Of a stretch of DNA of 64,000 nucleotides, positions 62,506-64,000 are shown one piece after another. The notes beneath the pieces are model-generated. The model was not told the DNA's origin, did no database searches, and saw only the letters and a list, made by a program, of their open reading frames with translations. The position numbers and the translations under genes were made by a program. This DNA is from Candidatus Saccharimonadota bacterium (GTDB lineage: Bacteria > Patescibacteriota > Saccharimonadia > Saccharimonadales > UBA10212): assembly GCA_022841445.1 (NCBI GenBank), contig JALHRM010000004.1:11429-75428 (forward strand), given 5' to 3'. Position 1 is the first letter of the stretch. Each line of letters starts with the position of its first letter.

Positions 62506-63687
62506 ATGGAGGCTCCTACTATCCCATTATCGGAACAACTTCGCCCTAAACGTCTGGCCGACGTACTCGGGCAAAAGCATATCCTACAAGATGGACAGTT
62601 ACTGCATCAGCTGGTCGCCAGAAAGCAGCCCGCCAATCTTATATTTTGGGGACCGCCAGGTAGTGGCAAAACGACCCTTGCCAGAATAATTGCTAACGAA
62701 CTAGAGGCTGATTTTATTGAGTTAAGTGCTGTTTCTGCGGGGGTGTCGGATGTTAGAGCCGTCATAAAACAAGCCGAACAAAATCGACGGCTGGCCATAA
62801 AAACCGTGCTTTTCGTTGACGAAATTCACCGCTTTAACAAATCACAACAAGACGCCTTCTTGCCCCACGTAGAAAGCGGGCTAATTACACTAATCGGCGC
62901 CACGACCGAAAATCCTAGTTTTGAAATTATAAGTCCGCTACTGTCTCGGAGCCGTGTCGTTACGCTGCAAGCTATTGAAAAGAAGGACATTATGACGCTG
63001 CTGCGTCGGGCATCGAAGCACCTAAAAATAACTCGCAGAATAAAGAATCCTGTATATCAATTAATCGCCGATCTTAGCGGAGGAGATGGCCGCGCGGCAC
63101 TTAATATTTTGGAGTTGGCGGTGGCGATATCTGATGAGCAAATTACAAAGGAAACTATCCAAAAGGCCGTGCAAAGAAAAACTCCCGCTTTTGATAAAAA
63201 TGGTGAACACCACTACAACGTCATCAGTGCCTTTATCAAATCTATGCGCGGCGGAAACCTACACGCCAGTTGTTATTACTTAGCACGAATGCTTCAAGGC
63301 GGCGAAGATCCCAAATTCATCGCGAGACGGATGATTATATTTGCAAGCGAAGATATAGGTGTCGCAGGCAGCGCGGCACTCAATTTGGCAGTTAGTACTT
63401 TTGCAGCCGTGGAACGGCTTGGTTTGCCGGAGTGCCAATACGCTCTGTACCACTGCGCTATCGTGCTTAGCGGCAGCAAAAAATCACGACTTGTCGCCGA
63501 TGCTTTGGCGGCAAGTAGCCAGGCGGCAGCCGATCACCCCAATGCCGAAGTGCCACTGCATCTTCGTAACGCGCCAACTGATTTAATGAAGAATTTAGGT
63601 TATGGTAAGGGTTACAAAAAGTATGTTAACGATGATGAACTGAGTGGTTTCTTACCTGATGAACTTCAAGATTTCAAAATTTTTTAG
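62506..63687 (+). CDS. rarA: replication-associated recombination protein A (MgsA/RarA AAA+ ATPase)
   Basis: 393 aa. Walker A GPPGSGKTT, Walker B LFVDEIHRFNK, sensor GATTENPSF, and the MgsA C-terminal blocks (HYNVISAFIKSMRG, ARRM..ASEDIG). Confidence 0.92.
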   Translation: MEAPTIPLSEQLRPKRLADVLGQKHILQDGQLLHQLVARKQPANLIFWGPPGSGKTTLARIIANELEADFIELSAVSAGVSDVRAVIKQAEQNRRLAIKTVLFVDEIHRFNKSQQDAFLPHVESGLITLIGATTENPSFEIISPLLSRSRVVTLQAIEKKDIMTLLRRASKHLKITRRIKNPVYQLIADLSGGDGRAALNILELAVAISDEQITKETIQKAVQRKTPAFDKNGEHHYNVISAFIKSMRGGNLHASCYYLARMLQGGEDPKFIARRMIIFASEDIGVAGSAALNLAVSTFAAVERLGLPECQYALYHCAIVLSGSKKSRLVADALAASSQAAADHPNAEVPLHLRNAPTDLMKNLGYGKGYKKYVNDDELSGFLPDELQDFKIF

Positions 63688-63974
63688 ACAGATTGTTCTG
63701 CGCGCAGGTACCTGCTCACAGTTCTCAAAACAGTTGGCAAGGCGTGAAATGGATGTGGTGCCAATAGCCCCACTAGGTTGTCGGTGTGTTCTTCGACGTC
63801 AAATTGCGGAAATTCCTGAGTAAAAGCATATACAGCCTTCGCAACTCTCGCCAGTTCTTGGCGGTACATAGTGGTAACAGCAGCAAGAACACGATACTTG
63901 AACGCAGCGACATTAGGGAAAGCTCCCGAGTAATCATCAATTAAGCTCAATAAATCGTCCTTATGTTTGCTCAC
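63684..63974 (-). CDS. hypothetical protein (at least 96 aa; frame remains open to the right window edge)
   Basis: ORF with GTG at 63974. The same frame has no stop up to position 64000, so the true start may lie outside the window. No motif recognised. Its stop overlaps the rarA stop. Confidence 0.4.
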   Translation of the reverse strand: MSKHKDDLLSLIDDYSGAFPNVAAFKYRVLAAVTTMYRQELARVAKAVYAFTQEFPQFDVEEHTDNLVGLLAPHPFHALPTVLRTVSRYLRAEQSV

Positions 63975-64000
63975 ATAATCGTAATGTAAACCACAAGTTT

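Noticed and set aside
1-64000. Search for tRNA, rRNA, tmRNA, RNase P, SRP RNA, CRISPR repeats and mobile elements
   Set aside because: The largest non-coding gaps are 151, 140, 112, 106 and 103 nt. None shows a tRNA cloverleaf or T-loop (GTTCRANYC) or an SRP GGAA/AGCA motif. No spaced direct repeats were seen, and no transposase, integrase or phage-like ORFs. This was done by eye only, so a small ncRNA could have been missed.

Overview
This is a very gene-dense window. I count 59 protein-coding genes (46 on the minus strand, 13 on the plus strand), and my tally of intergenic gaps is only about 2.1 kb, so roughly 96-97% is coding. I found no rRNA, tRNA, CRISPR array, transposase, integrase or prophage signature.

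The content is almost entirely housekeeping:
- Replication and repair: dnaE, recG, radA, uvrB, rnhB, rmuC, rarA.
- Translation: tyrS, pheST, gatCAB, rplS.
- Transcription and stress: nusA, clpC, and a short rel.
- Envelope: class A PBP, plsC, two tandem galU genes, a pilB-type ATPase and a pilin-like gene.
- A thioredoxin/glutaredoxin/MarR unit.
- A long minus-strand sugar-phosphate cluster: gap-rpiB-rpe-split tkt-fba-pfkB-family kinase.

Several traits suggest a reduced CPR/Patescibacteria genome, probably Saccharibacteria-like: split transketolase, the GatCAB route, a type IV pilus ATPase, a minimal Rel, tails on ribosomal and transcription proteins, extreme compaction, and mid-range GC by eye. 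This lineage call is inference and was not verified by any search.

I did not find a classical accessory island or an obvious defence system. The observations I rate most worth follow-up are:
1. At about 23 transcription-unit heads, a -10 box (often extended TGn) sits only 6-11 nt upstream of the start codon with no SD. This implies leaderless or near-leaderless mRNAs. A minority of genes have longer SD-bearing leaders.
2. The sugar-phosphate cluster continues without a break into a 417-aa unknown gene and a LOG/TIGR00725-like gene, which suggests a nucleotide-ribose salvage route.
3. Small unrelated genes are translationally coupled inside two normally contiguous operons: a membrane-anchored Rx4H protein inside gatC-A-x-B, and a YdeN/RBBP9-like serine hydrolase inside pheS-x-pheT.
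4. A tandem pair of GH63-like (alpha/alpha)6 hydrolases, one of which closely resembles glucosylglycerate/mannosylglycerate hydrolases.
5. An intrinsic terminator inside the nusA leader, which may be an attenuator.

All functional calls come from reading motifs in the supplied translations. No database search was run.
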